The position numbers and the translations under genes were made by a program. From a virus, in the IMG/VR virus record IMGVR_UViG_3300010373_000039, positions 1 to 64,000 of that record: DNA of 64,000 nt, one strand, 5' to 3'. Each line of letters starts with the position of its first letter. Positions within the stretch are counted from its first letter, which is position 1. The notes below the pieces were generated by a model that worked only from the letters and a program-made list of their open reading frames with translations, was not told the DNA's origin and made no database searches. Below, one piece after another: positions 9,844 to 19,677 of the stretch.

Positions 9844-12687
9844 ATGCCACGCACCTCACGTCCGGCCCTTAGTTGTTGGGATCGGGACATTAACAACGTG
9901 GAGAAACCGTCGCCGTCCGCGTCGGATCGTTCCCCGTTTTGGTCCAAGGAGCAACCGGAATTCGAGTGTGGTGGTCGAATCTACTCGGCGTCCGAGTACG
10001 CCAAATTACCCGAGGAAATTCAAAAACATGGCCGGGTGGTGCGGGGCGGCATGTTTCCCCATCAACGCAAATGGTGGGAATTAAACACCTTTATCAAAGC
10101 GCTGATTGGAGGATTTGGTGCCGGCAAGACGTTGATCGGCGCTAAACGGGTCATCGCGTCGGCATTGGACAATTCCGGGTGTATGGTCGCGGCCGTGTCC
10201 CCGACGTTCCCATTGGCCCGCAAAACCATCATCCCGACTATCAGCAACCTTCTAGCCGGCAAACAAGCGAGATACGGTCGTGGGTTTTGGTGGAAATACA
10301 ACCGCACCTCCCATGAATTTTTCATCCGACATAAGGGACGTGACGGATGGATTCAAATCATGTCGGCCGAAGATCCGGATTCGTTGCGCGGACCCAATAT
10401 CGCATCGGCATGGTTGGATGAACCGTTCCTGATGGAGGAAACGGCATTCCGGCACATGGCGGCACGTATCCGCGCCGGCAATTCCCGTGAATTGCTTCTT
10501 ACGGGATGCGTCACGCGGGACACCCTGGTTTTGCCGAGATCTGGCATGACGCCGATCGGTGATTTGGACCCTGGAACCCTTCCAAAACAATATCGCCGGA
10601 TCGCGACCGATTTGTATGGTTCGCATCGATCGTTCCACCATGCCACGTCGTTTTTCAACAACGGGGTTTCCGAGACCAGGCGCATTACCGTTACCAACAA
10701 CTATCAAATCGAGGCCACACCGGACCATCCGGTTTTGGTCATGGGTGATGATGGTAAACCGCAATGGCGTCCGGTGGGCCAATTGCAAATCGGGGATCGT
10801 GTGGCGATTGGTCGTGGCATGGAGGTTTGGGGTAACGTCGATCCGTGCGAAGGATTTGTACCTCAACAACGGCGAAAAGTTAAAAAACCGTTGCCACAAA
10901 AAATCCAAATGACCAAGGATTTGGCCTATTTCCTTGGTTTGTGGTTGGCCGAGGGGAGCGTAGAACCGGGTCGGTTGACGATTACATGCGGCGATCCCTG
11001 TGTTATCAAGTATTTGTTGACTAAGGGTGTTTTGGGACTTCGGTTCCGTAAACAAAGCCGTGATAAACTTCACGTTCGACTTAGCTCGGTGGAGCTAATC
11101 GATTTGATGAGGCACCTTGGGATGCCATTGGTTACGGCTATAAATAAATACATTCCACAATGGGTTTGGAACGGTCGCCGCGAATGGGCGCTGTCGTTTT
11201 TGGCCGGAATGTGGGACGGTGACGGTTGCGCAATGCGTGATGGAGGGGGAATCAGCTACCGGACCAATTCTCCTCGATTGGCTCGCGACGTTCAATGTCT
11301 TTTATTGAATCTTGGAATAGTGTCGATCCGGCAGCGCACGGTTGAAAAAGAAATACAACCGGATGCGTTGGTGCAAACCCCAACGGTTGGTTATTACGTT
11401 GAATGTCGTGCCATGAACGCGGCCAAATTGGCCAAAATCCTTTCGTTCCGTATTCGGCGTAAAAAACAAAACGCGTCAATGCACATTCGGTCGATGCGTT
11501 GTTCGGATGTGTTGGCCGGATCGTCGGCGCTGATTTTGTCGGCGTGGCGTAAACGGTCTAAATTGACGTGGAGGAATTGGGACGGTAATCTTCAACCCAA
11601 CGTCATTCGGGAAACCGCCGCCGGACGCCCCGGCGTAGCCTATGGTACCGTCCGGGATTTCGTCCGTTATTGGGAAATGAACGAAGGAACGGCTTGCCCG
11701 GAAATTGAAATACTTAAGCAAAATCTTGGCGATAACTACTATTGGGCCAAGGTCCGCAAAATCGAACGGGGATTGGCCGAAACCGTTGATTTTGTCGTGC
11801 CCGAAACCCACTCATTTTGGTCCAATGGGTTTATCAGCCACAATACGCCCGAACAAATCAATTGGGGTCACGATTTATTGATGGGGGAAACGCGGGAAGA
11901 ATTTGAATCGCGTGAGGTTACGATTGGGATGGTTCAAGCATCGTCCCGGCAAAACCCCGCGACCGGCAAACAATACATCCGGCTACTAGAGGGCGCATTC
12001 ACCCATAAAATGGCCGAGGCGTTCATCGACGGTGGATTCGTCAATTTGTCTAAGGGACAGGTATACTATGGGTTCCAATCCATCGGCGATGAATCGAACG
12101 TCCGGGCGATAGACATACCGGACGGTGCGGAATTGGGCGTGGGGATGGATTTCAACGTGAATCCTATGTCGGCCGCCGTGTTTTGGCGGTTGGGCGAACG
12201 GATGCATTTCTTTGATGAGATCGAGTTGCCCAACGCCGATACCGACATGATGTGCGCCGAGTTGTACGACCGCTATGTAAATAAAGAAACCAAGGTCGTG
12301 CCCCCGCAAATCGCGCCGTTGGACGACATTTTTCCGGATGCATCGGGACAATCCCGGCATACCTCCAGCGCACGGGGTAAAACCGATTTCCACATTATCC
12401 GCGAGTATGGGTTTAGCGTCCGCGCCCCCCACGCGAACCCGAAGGTACGTGACCGGCAAAACGCGGTGAATGGCAAGCTTCGTCCGGTTAATGGTGAGAT
12501 TACCCTGACCATCTCGCCCAAATGCAAAAAATTGCAACGTTATCTGTTGACCTACACCCACGAATTGTCCAACCGGCCGGAACAAAAGGCCATGTCCCAT
12601 TTGTTGGACGCGTTTAGCTACCCGATCCATTACCTGTTCCCGTTGGCCCGCGCCCACACCGGGGAGTACCGGTTGACGGGCCTTTAG
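9844..12687 (+). CDS. terL: terminase large subunit containing an intein
   Basis: Walker A GGFGAGKT, Walker B WLDE, TG/TP coupling motif split by the intein, RNase H-like GMDFN, PDASG, HLLDAFSY. Confidence 0.95.
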   Translation: MPRTSRPALSCWDRDINNVEKPSPSASDRSPFWSKEQPEFECGGRIYSASEYAKLPEEIQKHGRVVRGGMFPHQRKWWELNTFIKALIGGFGAGKTLIGAKRVIASALDNSGCMVAAVSPTFPLARKTIIPTISNLLAGKQARYGRGFWWKYNRTSHEFFIRHKGRDGWIQIMSAEDPDSLRGPNIASAWLDEPFLMEETAFRHMAARIRAGNSRELLLTGCVTRDTLVLPRSGMTPIGDLDPGTLPKQYRRIATDLYGSHRSFHHATSFFNNGVSETRRITVTNNYQIEATPDHPVLVMGDDGKPQWRPVGQLQIGDRVAIGRGMEVWGNVDPCEGFVPQQRRKVKKPLPQKIQMTKDLAYFLGLWLAEGSVEPGRLTITCGDPCVIKYLLTKGVLGLRFRKQSRDKLHVRLSSVELIDLMRHLGMPLVTAINKYIPQWVWNGRREWALSFLAGMWDGDGCAMRDGGGISYRTNSPRLARDVQCLLLNLGIVSIRQRTVEKEIQPDALVQTPTVGYYVECRAMNAAKLAKILSFRIRRKKQNASMHIRSMRCSDVLAGSSALILSAWRKRSKLTWRNWDGNLQPNVIRETAAGRPGVAYGTVRDFVRYWEMNEGTACPEIEILKQNLGDNYYWAKVRKIERGLAETVDFVVPETHSFWSNGFISHNTPEQINWGHDLLMGETREEFESREVTIGMVQASSRQNPATGKQYIRLLEGAFTHKMAEAFIDGGFVNLSKGQVYYGFQSIGDESNVRAIDIPDGAELGVGMDFNVNPMSAAVFWRLGERMHFFDEIELPNADTDMMCAELYDRYVNKETKVVPPQIAPLDDIFPDASGQSRHTSSARGKTDFHIIREYGFSVRAPHANPKVRDRQNAVNGKLRPVNGEITLTISPKCKKLQRYLLTYTHELSNRPEQKAMSHLLDAFSYPIHYLFPLARAHTGEYRLTGL
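10507..11844 (+). mobile_element. intein with LAGLIDADG homing endonuclease (446 aa)
   Basis: Starts CVTRDTLV; block B ATPDHP; LAGLIDADG helices FLGLWLAEG and FLAGMWDGDG; ends FWSNGFISHN followed by Thr +1. Confidence 0.93.
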
Positions 12688-12691
12688 ACGG

Positions 12692-12725
12692 TACGTTGCC
12701 GGTTGGACGAACGCTCGGTTATTTT
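12692..12725 (+). promoter_or_regulatory. TACGTTG-class promoter (portal operon)
   Basis: TACG-TTGCCG, 18 nt, TATTTT; intergenic. Confidence 0.6.
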
Positions 12726-12736
12726 CAAGCAAAGCT

Positions 12737-13354
12737 ATGGGTGATGTAATCTGTTTCATGTTGAATCCCACTAACCGAATCCGACGCGAATTGCGCCGGT
12801 ATGGCGGTAGCGTGGGTGATTGGACGCAAAAGGTTTGCCCCAAGTGGGGTTACTACCATAACGCATCTACATTTTTGGATGTAGTTGAAGATACCGACAA
12901 AACCAACGATTGGCCCCGCAATGATCCACGTTGGCCTACGACGTGTGATTGTGGCGAATACAACTTTACCGAAAAGGACAATTGGCAACTTTTCACCGAG
13001 CATTTGTATCGTCGCGATACCGGTGAGGAGTACACACTTCGTAAAGCGCCGCCCGGTGCAATGTGGTACGCCGATTGGCTAACCGAGGGTCGTCCGGCCT
13101 CTGGTAATTTGTATCGTGGTCCGGATGGTCGATGCTTGGTTGTGGTGTGTCCGGACGGTCATCAATGGATGGTGGACAGCCGTTGTTCCAATTGCACATT
13201 ACCCGACGACAACATTCATAAATGCTGGGTGCGACACGGGACGCCGCCCAACATCACCGTGGACAAAAATGGCGTTACGTGTGCCGCTGGCGCTGGGTCG
13301 ATCCAAACGCCAACGTGGCATGGATTTCTTAGGAATGGGGTTTTAACCCAATGA
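12737..13354 (+). CDS. Cys/His-rich metal-binding protein (DUF6527-like C-terminus)
   Basis: CW..HG.PP.ITV...SI...WHGFLRNG C-terminal pattern; several Cys pairs. Confidence 0.6.
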   Translation: MGDVICFMLNPTNRIRRELRRYGGSVGDWTQKVCPKWGYYHNASTFLDVVEDTDKTNDWPRNDPRWPTTCDCGEYNFTEKDNWQLFTEHLYRRDTGEEYTLRKAPPGAMWYADWLTEGRPASGNLYRGPDGRCLVVVCPDGHQWMVDSRCSNCTLPDDNIHKCWVRHGTPPNITVDKNGVTCAAGAGSIQTPTWHGFLRNGVLTQ

Positions 13355-13371
13355 AACGGAGAGTATTCTCT

Positions 13372-13533
13372 ATGGCACGGAAACCGAAGCTTGGAACCGG
13401 TAAGCGATTTTCAAACCTCAAGAAAAGCCTGGCGAGGAAGGGTGCCCGCAAGAGCGCCGGGATTGGTCGTAAGAAATTCGGCAAAAAGAAGTTTGCCAAG
13501 TTGGGTGCCAAGGGCCGACGCCGGCGTAAGTAG
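13372..13533 (+). CDS. very basic protamine/histone-like small protein
   Basis: 53 aa, K/R-rich with no acidic residues; GGAG RBS. Confidence 0.7.
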   Translation: MARKPKLGTGKRFSNLKKSLARKGARKSAGIGRKKFGKKKFAKLGAKGRRRRK

Positions 13534-13569
13534 AATCTAACCGCCAACCACGTAAACGAGGCGCGCAAA

Positions 13570-13914
13570 ATGTCATTCGAGGTTTTTCACCCTACCCGTG
13601 TAAACGTGATGATGGGCCAGGCGTCGTTGGACGCCGCCGGAAACGTCACGTTCAACGCCGTTGATTTGCAAGGTGTTGGCGTTCGTGACGCGGTGACGAT
13701 TATGGTGGACCGGGAATTGAAACGGATCGCGGTTCGACAGCCTACGAGCCGCGATCCGTCCAAACGATTGACGTTCAACAAATCCAAAAACGCGGCGAAA
13801 ATAAACCTCAAAAGCGCGTTGAAAAACATCGGCATCCAAAATAAAGAGGTTGTCGGAACGCGACACGCCGTGATTAAGGACAATTTGATTATCCTTAATT
13901 TCGGCGGAAAGTAA
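13570..13914 (+). CDS. hypothetical protein (possible AbrB-like swapped-hairpin fold)
   Basis: GAGG RBS; beta-rich pattern. Confidence 0.65.
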   Translation: MSFEVFHPTRVNVMMGQASLDAAGNVTFNAVDLQGVGVRDAVTIMVDRELKRIAVRQPTSRDPSKRLTFNKSKNAAKINLKSALKNIGIQNKEVVGTRHAVIKDNLIILNFGGK

Positions 13915-13918
13915 CAAC

Positions 13919-15457
13919 ATGCCGATCGATTCAAAAAACCCCGAGTACGACAAATTCGCGTTCCAATGGCAGAAATGCCGTGACGCGGTCGCCGGCGAGG
14001 ATGCGGTGAAGGCCGGCAATCAAATCTATTTGCCCCAATTGGAGGGGCAAACGGACTATGATTATCAGGCCTACAAAAACCGCGCGCTGTATTTCAGCGC
14101 GTCGGGCCGTACCGTCAAGGGTTTGGCGGGCGCAATCCTTCGCAAGCATCCGGTGATCCAATTCCCCAACGAGGATTTGTTGTTGACCATCGGCCCGGCC
14201 GGCGAGTCGTTGGAACACATGATTAAAACCATCGTGGAGGAGGTCATCACCACGGGTCGTGTGGGGGTTTTGGTGGACAGCGCCGCCGGTCCGGACAATC
14301 AAAACGTCGAACCGTACCTGGCGATCTACTATCCAGAAAACATCATCAATTGGGATGAGCGGACGGTCGCCGGCCGCCGGCAATTGGTCATGGTGGTGTT
14401 ACAGGAATCCGGACCCCGCCGCGACGATGATGGAAACGACCCGTTCGCATGGAATTCCCGGGTGGACACCTATCGGGTTATGGAATTGATCGGTTGGGAC
14501 ACGCCCAACCCGTTCCTTCGTGTTTCACTTTACGAACGTGTGCAATCGTCGGACGAAAACCCGACCGATCAAACCAAGGAAAATGAGGACGAGGACGGTT
14601 ACAAGGGTTTTGAGTTGATCGATCAGGTTGAGCCCAAATTACCGGGCGGCATCCCAATCGATTACATTCCGTTTGTCATCATCAACCCATCCGTTGCCGG
14701 GTCGGAATGCGAACCGCCGCCGATCATCGATTTGGTGAACGTCAATCTTTCCCACTATCGAAATAGCGCCGATTTGGAGCACGGGTTGCATTTTACCGCG
14801 TTGCCCCAGCCATGGGTGGCGGGCGTGGAATCACCCAACATCCGGTTGCGGATCGGATCGCAAACGGCGTGGGTCATCGCGGACCCGCAGGCCCGTGCCG
14901 GGTATTTGGAATTCTCCGGCAATGGTCTTCGCGCGATCCAAGCGGCGATGGACGAAAAGAAAAAGATGATGGCGATTTTGGGGTCGCGGTTGTTGGAGGA
15001 TCAAAAGGCCGATGCCGAAGCCGCCGCAACCGTTAAGCTTCGTCATAGCGGCGATGAATCGGTTTTGGCCAACATCGTTCACGCAATCGATGAGGGATTG
15101 GCGTTGTCGCTGATGTGGTTCGCCCAATGGGCCATGTTGGACGGGGAAATCACCGTCGAATTGAACGACGACTTCAACCCACTAGGCATCGACTACCCGA
15201 CGTTAATTGGTTTGATGTCGGCGGTCCAGGCCGGTCAATTGTCGTGGGATACGTGGTTCTACAACGTCAAGCGCGGCGAATTGGTGCCGGACGGCCGCAC
15301 GGCCGAGCAGGAAAAGGCATTGATCGAGGCCGGTTACCCGGTCCTTCCGACCCCCGATATTTCCGAGGATACCGCCGTGGGCGGTGGCAAGGTGAAATCG
15401 GGTGGTGCGGCCCGCATGTCGGGTGCCAACGATACCGGGGATGTCGGACCCTCGTAA
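13919..15457 (+). CDS. portal protein (DUF4055 type)
   Basis: YLP...Y..Y..RA, GRVGVLVD, ENIINW, IPFV, NLSHYRNSAD..HG.HF...PQ; position after TerL. Confidence 0.92.
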   Translation: MPIDSKNPEYDKFAFQWQKCRDAVAGEDAVKAGNQIYLPQLEGQTDYDYQAYKNRALYFSASGRTVKGLAGAILRKHPVIQFPNEDLLLTIGPAGESLEHMIKTIVEEVITTGRVGVLVDSAAGPDNQNVEPYLAIYYPENIINWDERTVAGRRQLVMVVLQESGPRRDDDGNDPFAWNSRVDTYRVMELIGWDTPNPFLRVSLYERVQSSDENPTDQTKENEDEDGYKGFELIDQVEPKLPGGIPIDYIPFVIINPSVAGSECEPPPIIDLVNVNLSHYRNSADLEHGLHFTALPQPWVAGVESPNIRLRIGSQTAWVIADPQARAGYLEFSGNGLRAIQAAMDEKKKMMAILGSRLLEDQKADAEAAATVKLRHSGDESVLANIVHAIDEGLALSLMWFAQWAMLDGEITVELNDDFNPLGIDYPTLIGLMSAVQAGQLSWDTWFYNVKRGELVPDGRTAEQEKALIEAGYPVLPTPDISEDTAVGGGKVKSGGAARMSGANDTGDVGPS

Positions 15458-15472
15458 TCAAAGGAGTTTCAC

Positions 15473-15802
15473 ATGGCGGGCGGTCAACCGGGGGCCGACG
15501 ACGGCAAACCCGTTTTGGATTTTGTCACGACGCCGGAATTGATGGGGGAATTACAGAAACGGTTCCGCGGCAGTATTTTGGTGTTGGAAAGTGATGGGGG
15601 TAATTTTTTCGTTACCACCCATGGCGGCAAATCCATGGCATTGGGTTTGAATCTTCGCCTACAAAACTATTTCAAGGATTGGATGGAAACCGACACCCAA
15701 TTTGACGCCGACCAAGAAACCTGTGATAATTCCGTCCCTAAAAACAACGCAGTAGATGAGGATTTTGACGACGAGGACGACAATGCCGAACAACCACACT
15801 AG
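15473..15802 (+). CDS. hypothetical protein with acidic C-terminus
   Basis: AAGGAG RBS. Confidence 0.7.
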   Translation: MAGGQPGADDGKPVLDFVTTPELMGELQKRFRGSILVLESDGGNFFVTTHGGKSMALGLNLRLQNYFKDWMETDTQFDADQETCDNSVPKNNAVDEDFDDEDDNAEQPH

Positions 15803-15956
15803 CCGTGAGTATCGACGGGTCCAGGCCACGCGCCCGGTCGGTTTCGATAAAAAAGAAAACCCGGTGGCACGTCCTAAACATCCGTCCACCGTTCCGGTCG
15901 TCGGTCCCCGCGCGGTCGTGGACGCCAACGCCGGCAATTTTCCTCAACGCAAGTGA
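15783..15956 (+). CDS. small basic disordered protein
   Basis: GAGGA RBS before ATG 15783; fills the gap before MuF. Confidence 0.5.
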   Translation: MPNNHTSREYRRVQATRPVGFDKKENPVARPKHPSTVPVVGPRAVVDANAGNFPQRK

Positions 15957-15959
15957 CAC

Positions 15960-17834
15960 ATGGCCGGCAACCTTTCGGATCAATTTCACTCCGAAATGAT
16001 CGGCCGGCGTGTCGATATCAACCGGGCGGCGGAAAACATCCGTCAGCAGGTTTTTTCATTTTTGCAGGATTTGCAAACCGAATTCCAGTCCCAAATCGGG
16101 TCCGCCGATTTGGCCGGTTTGACCCCGCCGCGACGGCCCAAGGGGGCCGAGCAATTGATTAAAAATGTTTCCGGCCCGATCAACAATGCCTATGATGGCA
16201 TGGAAACCGTCCTCGCCGATTCGTTGGTGGGCGTCGGCAAATCGGAATCCATAGCCATTCCGCAAATCATGGGGGACGCGATCCGGGGCGACATCAACAG
16301 TGTCCGGTTGTCCAACATCGAATTGCAAACCCTGGCGTCCGATTCATGGATCAATGGTTCGCCGGCGGCGCAATGGTGGGCGTCCCAATCCAATACCCTT
16401 AAACAACGATTCTCCCAGCAAATACGGTTGGGCGTGGCGATGGGGGAAACCAACGATCAATTGGTTGCCCGGATCATCGGCGGCCGGACCGGTGCCAAAA
16501 TTCCCATCACCGATCCCAAAACCGGTAAAACGGTGATGGTCGATCAATACGCCAAGGGGATTATGGATCTGAGTCGTCGTGATGCCATGAATTTGGTGCG
16601 CACGGCGGTACAAAGTATTTCCAACGAGGTGGCGTACCAAACCTATTTGGCCAATGCCGACATTTTGAAGGGATTGCAGGCGGTGGCGACGTTGGACAAC
16701 CGCACCACCCCCTACTGCCGCAAAATAGACAAGGGGGCATGGGATTTGAAGGGCGAACCCCTCCCACAATCGCCGGTGCAAACCAAATTCCCCGGCAAAC
16801 CCCCGTACCATTTTTGTTGTCGGACGTTTCTTATCCCGGTGACAAAATCGTGGGATCAATTGATCCATGACCAGCACGGTTCTAAGAAAACCGGGGTATC
16901 GTCCGATGAGGCCATGTCGCGGATGGATCAAACCAAGGGAACCGACGCGCGGAACAACAACGCGGCATCACCGTTGCCGGTAATCGGTGTTGATCTTGGA
17001 CCCGGCGGTAAAGCAATCGTGTCGCGCGCCGCCCGTGCGACCATCGCCGTGGACGTGACCCCGACCGAATTGTATTTGACCACCCCCACGCTGGACTATG
17101 GGGACGTGGCTACCGCAATCGACAACGGCAATCGGGCCGGGATTATCGCGGTGCGCAAAAATGGCCGACTCATCGTGGTATCCAACCCCGAACGTGCCGC
17201 TGCCGCCGTTTATGCCAACGAGGCAACGGTGCCGATCCGGGTAGCGGATTTCCCGCAATCAGGGCGGCTAATAGGCGACGAGATCGGCGCACCGGTAGTC
17301 CCGGCCCCTTCACATGGCCTTATTGGTCCCAAATCGCCCGCCATGCCGGTATCCACCCGTGCCTCGATGGATGGTCAGGTGGCGTCCGATCTATCCTATT
17401 CGGATTGGTTAGCCGGCAAATCATCGGGGTTCCAAGACGAGGTATTGGGTCCGGCCCGTGGCAAATTGTTTCGCGCCGGCGCAATCGGGTTATCGGATTT
17501 GGTGGACACGACCGGTCGGGCGTTGACGTTGGAGGAGATAGACTCAAAGGTAAATCCGATCCGGGATGAAAGCGCCGAACCCACGTGGAACGATTACACC
17601 GCTAATGAGCTGGTCCGGTTTGCCGGCAAAATGGGTTTGACCCCGGCGCAAACCCGGCTAATGCTTTCATCGTTGGGCGTGGATATCCCGGCCAACACAA
17701 CCCTTTATGATAATTTGGACGCCGGTGCGGCGGGTCAAAACGTGCCGGTGTTGTCGCCGGGGGATTTGCAAACGATTCAATCGTTGGTCGAACGGATCAA
17801 AAACGGCAAGATCATTAAAGGAAAAACCAAATGA
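15960..17834 (+). CDS. minor head morphogenesis protein (MuF/SPP1 gp7 family) with inserted domain
   Basis: LVRTAV, ATLDNRTTPYCR..D, PPYHFCCRT, TRASMDGQV, Y.DWL...QDEVLG. Confidence 0.9.
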   Translation: MAGNLSDQFHSEMIGRRVDINRAAENIRQQVFSFLQDLQTEFQSQIGSADLAGLTPPRRPKGAEQLIKNVSGPINNAYDGMETVLADSLVGVGKSESIAIPQIMGDAIRGDINSVRLSNIELQTLASDSWINGSPAAQWWASQSNTLKQRFSQQIRLGVAMGETNDQLVARIIGGRTGAKIPITDPKTGKTVMVDQYAKGIMDLSRRDAMNLVRTAVQSISNEVAYQTYLANADILKGLQAVATLDNRTTPYCRKIDKGAWDLKGEPLPQSPVQTKFPGKPPYHFCCRTFLIPVTKSWDQLIHDQHGSKKTGVSSDEAMSRMDQTKGTDARNNNAASPLPVIGVDLGPGGKAIVSRAARATIAVDVTPTELYLTTPTLDYGDVATAIDNGNRAGIIAVRKNGRLIVVSNPERAAAAVYANEATVPIRVADFPQSGRLIGDEIGAPVVPAPSHGLIGPKSPAMPVSTRASMDGQVASDLSYSDWLAGKSSGFQDEVLGPARGKLFRAGAIGLSDLVDTTGRALTLEEIDSKVNPIRDESAEPTWNDYTANELVRFAGKMGLTPAQTRLMLSSLGVDIPANTTLYDNLDAGAAGQNVPVLSPGDLQTIQSLVERIKNGKIIKGKTK

Positions 17835-18046
17835 GCAACGACAATCCATACGCACAGGGTCATTCGGTCCACCCCACGGCGCTGTCCAAATCCGGGGCCA
17901 AACATTCACATGTTAGCGGTCCCCACCCGGCGATGCGTCCGGCTCAACAAAACGTGGTGAACATCGCCGAAACCGGGATGCACGACGGATCGGAGGGGAT
18001 GTCACAATCCGGAAATGCGATCGGCGACAAAGGAATCAACGCTTAA
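17831..18046 (+). CDS. small protein, paralog of 46336..46608
   Basis: Shares ALSKSGAKH..VS...QNVV; ATGA coupling. Confidence 0.7.
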   Translation: MSNDNPYAQGHSVHPTALSKSGAKHSHVSGPHPAMRPAQQNVVNIAETGMHDGSEGMSQSGNAIGDKGINA

Positions 18047-18413
18047 GTCCTTTGGCAAATTCATCGTATTCGGCGATGGCACGGTTGATTTCATCGACCT
18101 TATCCAATTGGGACTTTTCAGTTGCCTCAAGCATTTTCGGGAACAACCGAACCGCCGCAATTTTTATTTTAAGAGGAGCATCCTTCAGCGGCGTGTAGAC
18201 GATATGATCAGCTAGGTTGTCGCTGGTGGATTGGCTGTATGAAATAATCCACGACGAACCGTCCCGATGCCATTTCAAAACTAGCAATCCATGGTCCGGG
18301 TGGGGACCGGTACAAATCGCATCGACCCGACCCGGAATTGTGTTGAGGTGGTTTTGAAATCCCACGATCCGAATCATTAGTTGGTTCGCCGCGTCTTGTA
18401 CGGTCATGTTCAT
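18036..18413 (-). CDS. hypothetical protein
   Basis: Minus-strand ORF; start chosen 2 nt after the upstream stop. Confidence 0.6.
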   Translation of the reverse strand: MNMTVQDAANQLMIRIVGFQNHLNTIPGRVDAICTGPHPDHGLLVLKWHRDGSSWIISYSQSTSDNLADHIVYTPLKDAPLKIKIAAVRLFPKMLEATEKSQLDKVDEINRAIAEYDEFAKGLKR

Positions 18414-18415
18414 AT

Positions 18416-18691
18416 TTAATTTACCTGTTGAGGAAGGTCCAACCACAATGATACGACCCGCCGCTGCCACTCCGGCAATTCCGACATATCCTTTTTGTAG
18501 GGAATTCGTGCGTTGATGACGGTTTGCACGTCGCCCCAATGTTTCCGGTCAATTTGTTCCGGGGCGATGTACGCAATCCTTTCCCCTATTTGTTTTAATT
18601 GATTGGCCAGCAACTCACCATCCTTGCCGCCCTCCTCGGCAAGGCGAATCAATTGACCAACCAACGGGACTAAATATCGTGGTTCTTTCAT
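18416..18691 (-). CDS. hypothetical protein (probably leaderless)
   Basis: Minus-strand TATAAT at 18704-18699 ends 7 nt before ATG 18691. Confidence 0.6.
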   Translation of the reverse strand: MKEPRYLVPLVGQLIRLAEEGGKDGELLANQLKQIGERIAYIAPEQIDRKHWGDVQTVINARIPYKKDMSELPEWQRRVVSLWLDLPQQVN

Positions 18692-18712
18692 ACCCATAAT
18701 TATACCGCAGGG

Positions 18713-18745
18713 TACGTTGGCCGTGTTTAGCAGGGTCGTTATAAT
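18713..18745 (+). promoter_or_regulatory. TACGTTG-class promoter (scaffold gene)
   Basis: TACG-TTGGCC, 17 nt, TATAAT; intergenic. Confidence 0.75.
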
Positions 18746-18802
18746 CCCCGCCCGGTTGAGGAATTTTCCTCGAAAACACGTTCATTTACAGGAGACCGAT
18801 CG

Positions 18803-19606
18803 ATGAAGTTCAATATCAGTGCCGATGAGTACGCCGCGCTTCCCGATGCCCTCAAGTCGGCATACAAGCCGCAGGGCGATGGGTATCAACTGCAGGTAGA
18901 GGGGTTGGACACCGACCCCAAGAAGGTCAAGGAATTCCGCGACAACAATTTGAAGTTGGAGCGGGAGAAGCGGGAATTGGCCGCGCAAATGGAAAAGTAC
19001 AAAGGGATTGACCCCGAGGAATACGCCCGGCTGCAGGAGGCGGCGAACAAACTTCGCGAATTAGAGGAGAAAAACCAAATCTCCGCCGGCAACCTCGAGG
19101 AGGTCGTGGCCAAGCGCACCGAAACGATGCGCCAGGATTACGATAAGCGGTTGGACGCCACCAAGAAATTGTTGGACGCAACCACCGCCGAGCGTGACCG
19201 TTACAAATCCGGTTTCCACAACCAAAAAATGGACGCACACCTGCGATCCGCGCTCAACAAGGCCGGCAACCTCAAGAACGGTGCCGATAACCTTCTGATC
19301 CGCGAGGCGCGGGAATTGTTCACGTTGGACGAGGAGAACGATACCATCGCGTCCAAGGACCTGTACAATGACAAGGGCGAGCCCATGACCGCCGAGGAAT
19401 GGGGTAAGCGCATGGTCATTGAACGCCCCTATTTGTTCGAGCCGGCCCAGGGTTCGGGCGCATCGGGCGGAAGCAAGGGCAATGGCGGGGCCAATCGCGG
19501 CCAATCGAAAATCAAGGTGTTGTCCAATCCCTCGCCGGTGGACTTCGGCAAAAGCTTGGAAGGCATCGCATCCGGCGAGGTTGAGGTACAAACGGCCGAC
19601 GAATAG
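18803..19606 (+). CDS. capsid scaffolding protein
   Basis: Y..L.VEG..KVKEFRDNN, long coiled coil, PYLFEP..GSGA.GG; AGGAG RBS. Confidence 0.85.
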   Translation: MKFNISADEYAALPDALKSAYKPQGDGYQLQVEGLDTDPKKVKEFRDNNLKLEREKRELAAQMEKYKGIDPEEYARLQEAANKLRELEEKNQISAGNLEEVVAKRTETMRQDYDKRLDATKKLLDATTAERDRYKSGFHNQKMDAHLRSALNKAGNLKNGADNLLIREARELFTLDEENDTIASKDLYNDKGEPMTAEEWGKRMVIERPYLFEPAQGSGASGGSKGNGGANRGQSKIKVLSNPSPVDFGKSLEGIASGEVEVQTADE

Positions 19607-19625
19607 GCAGAGGATTCATCGGTCG

Positions 19626-19668
19626 CCGGTGGGGGCGGTTCGGGTTGAATATCCGGCCGCCCCACCGG
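19626..19668 (+). terminator. long GC-rich hairpin after scaffold gene (terminator or processing stem)
   Basis: CCGGTGGGGGCGG...CCGCCCCACCGG inverted repeat; no clean U-tract. Confidence 0.45.
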
Positions 19669-19677
19669 ATATAAATT

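Noticed and set aside
11395-11401. TACGTTG copies at 11395 and 61611
   Set aside because: Both are inside coding sequence and lack a -10-like box at the right spacing; treated as chance matches
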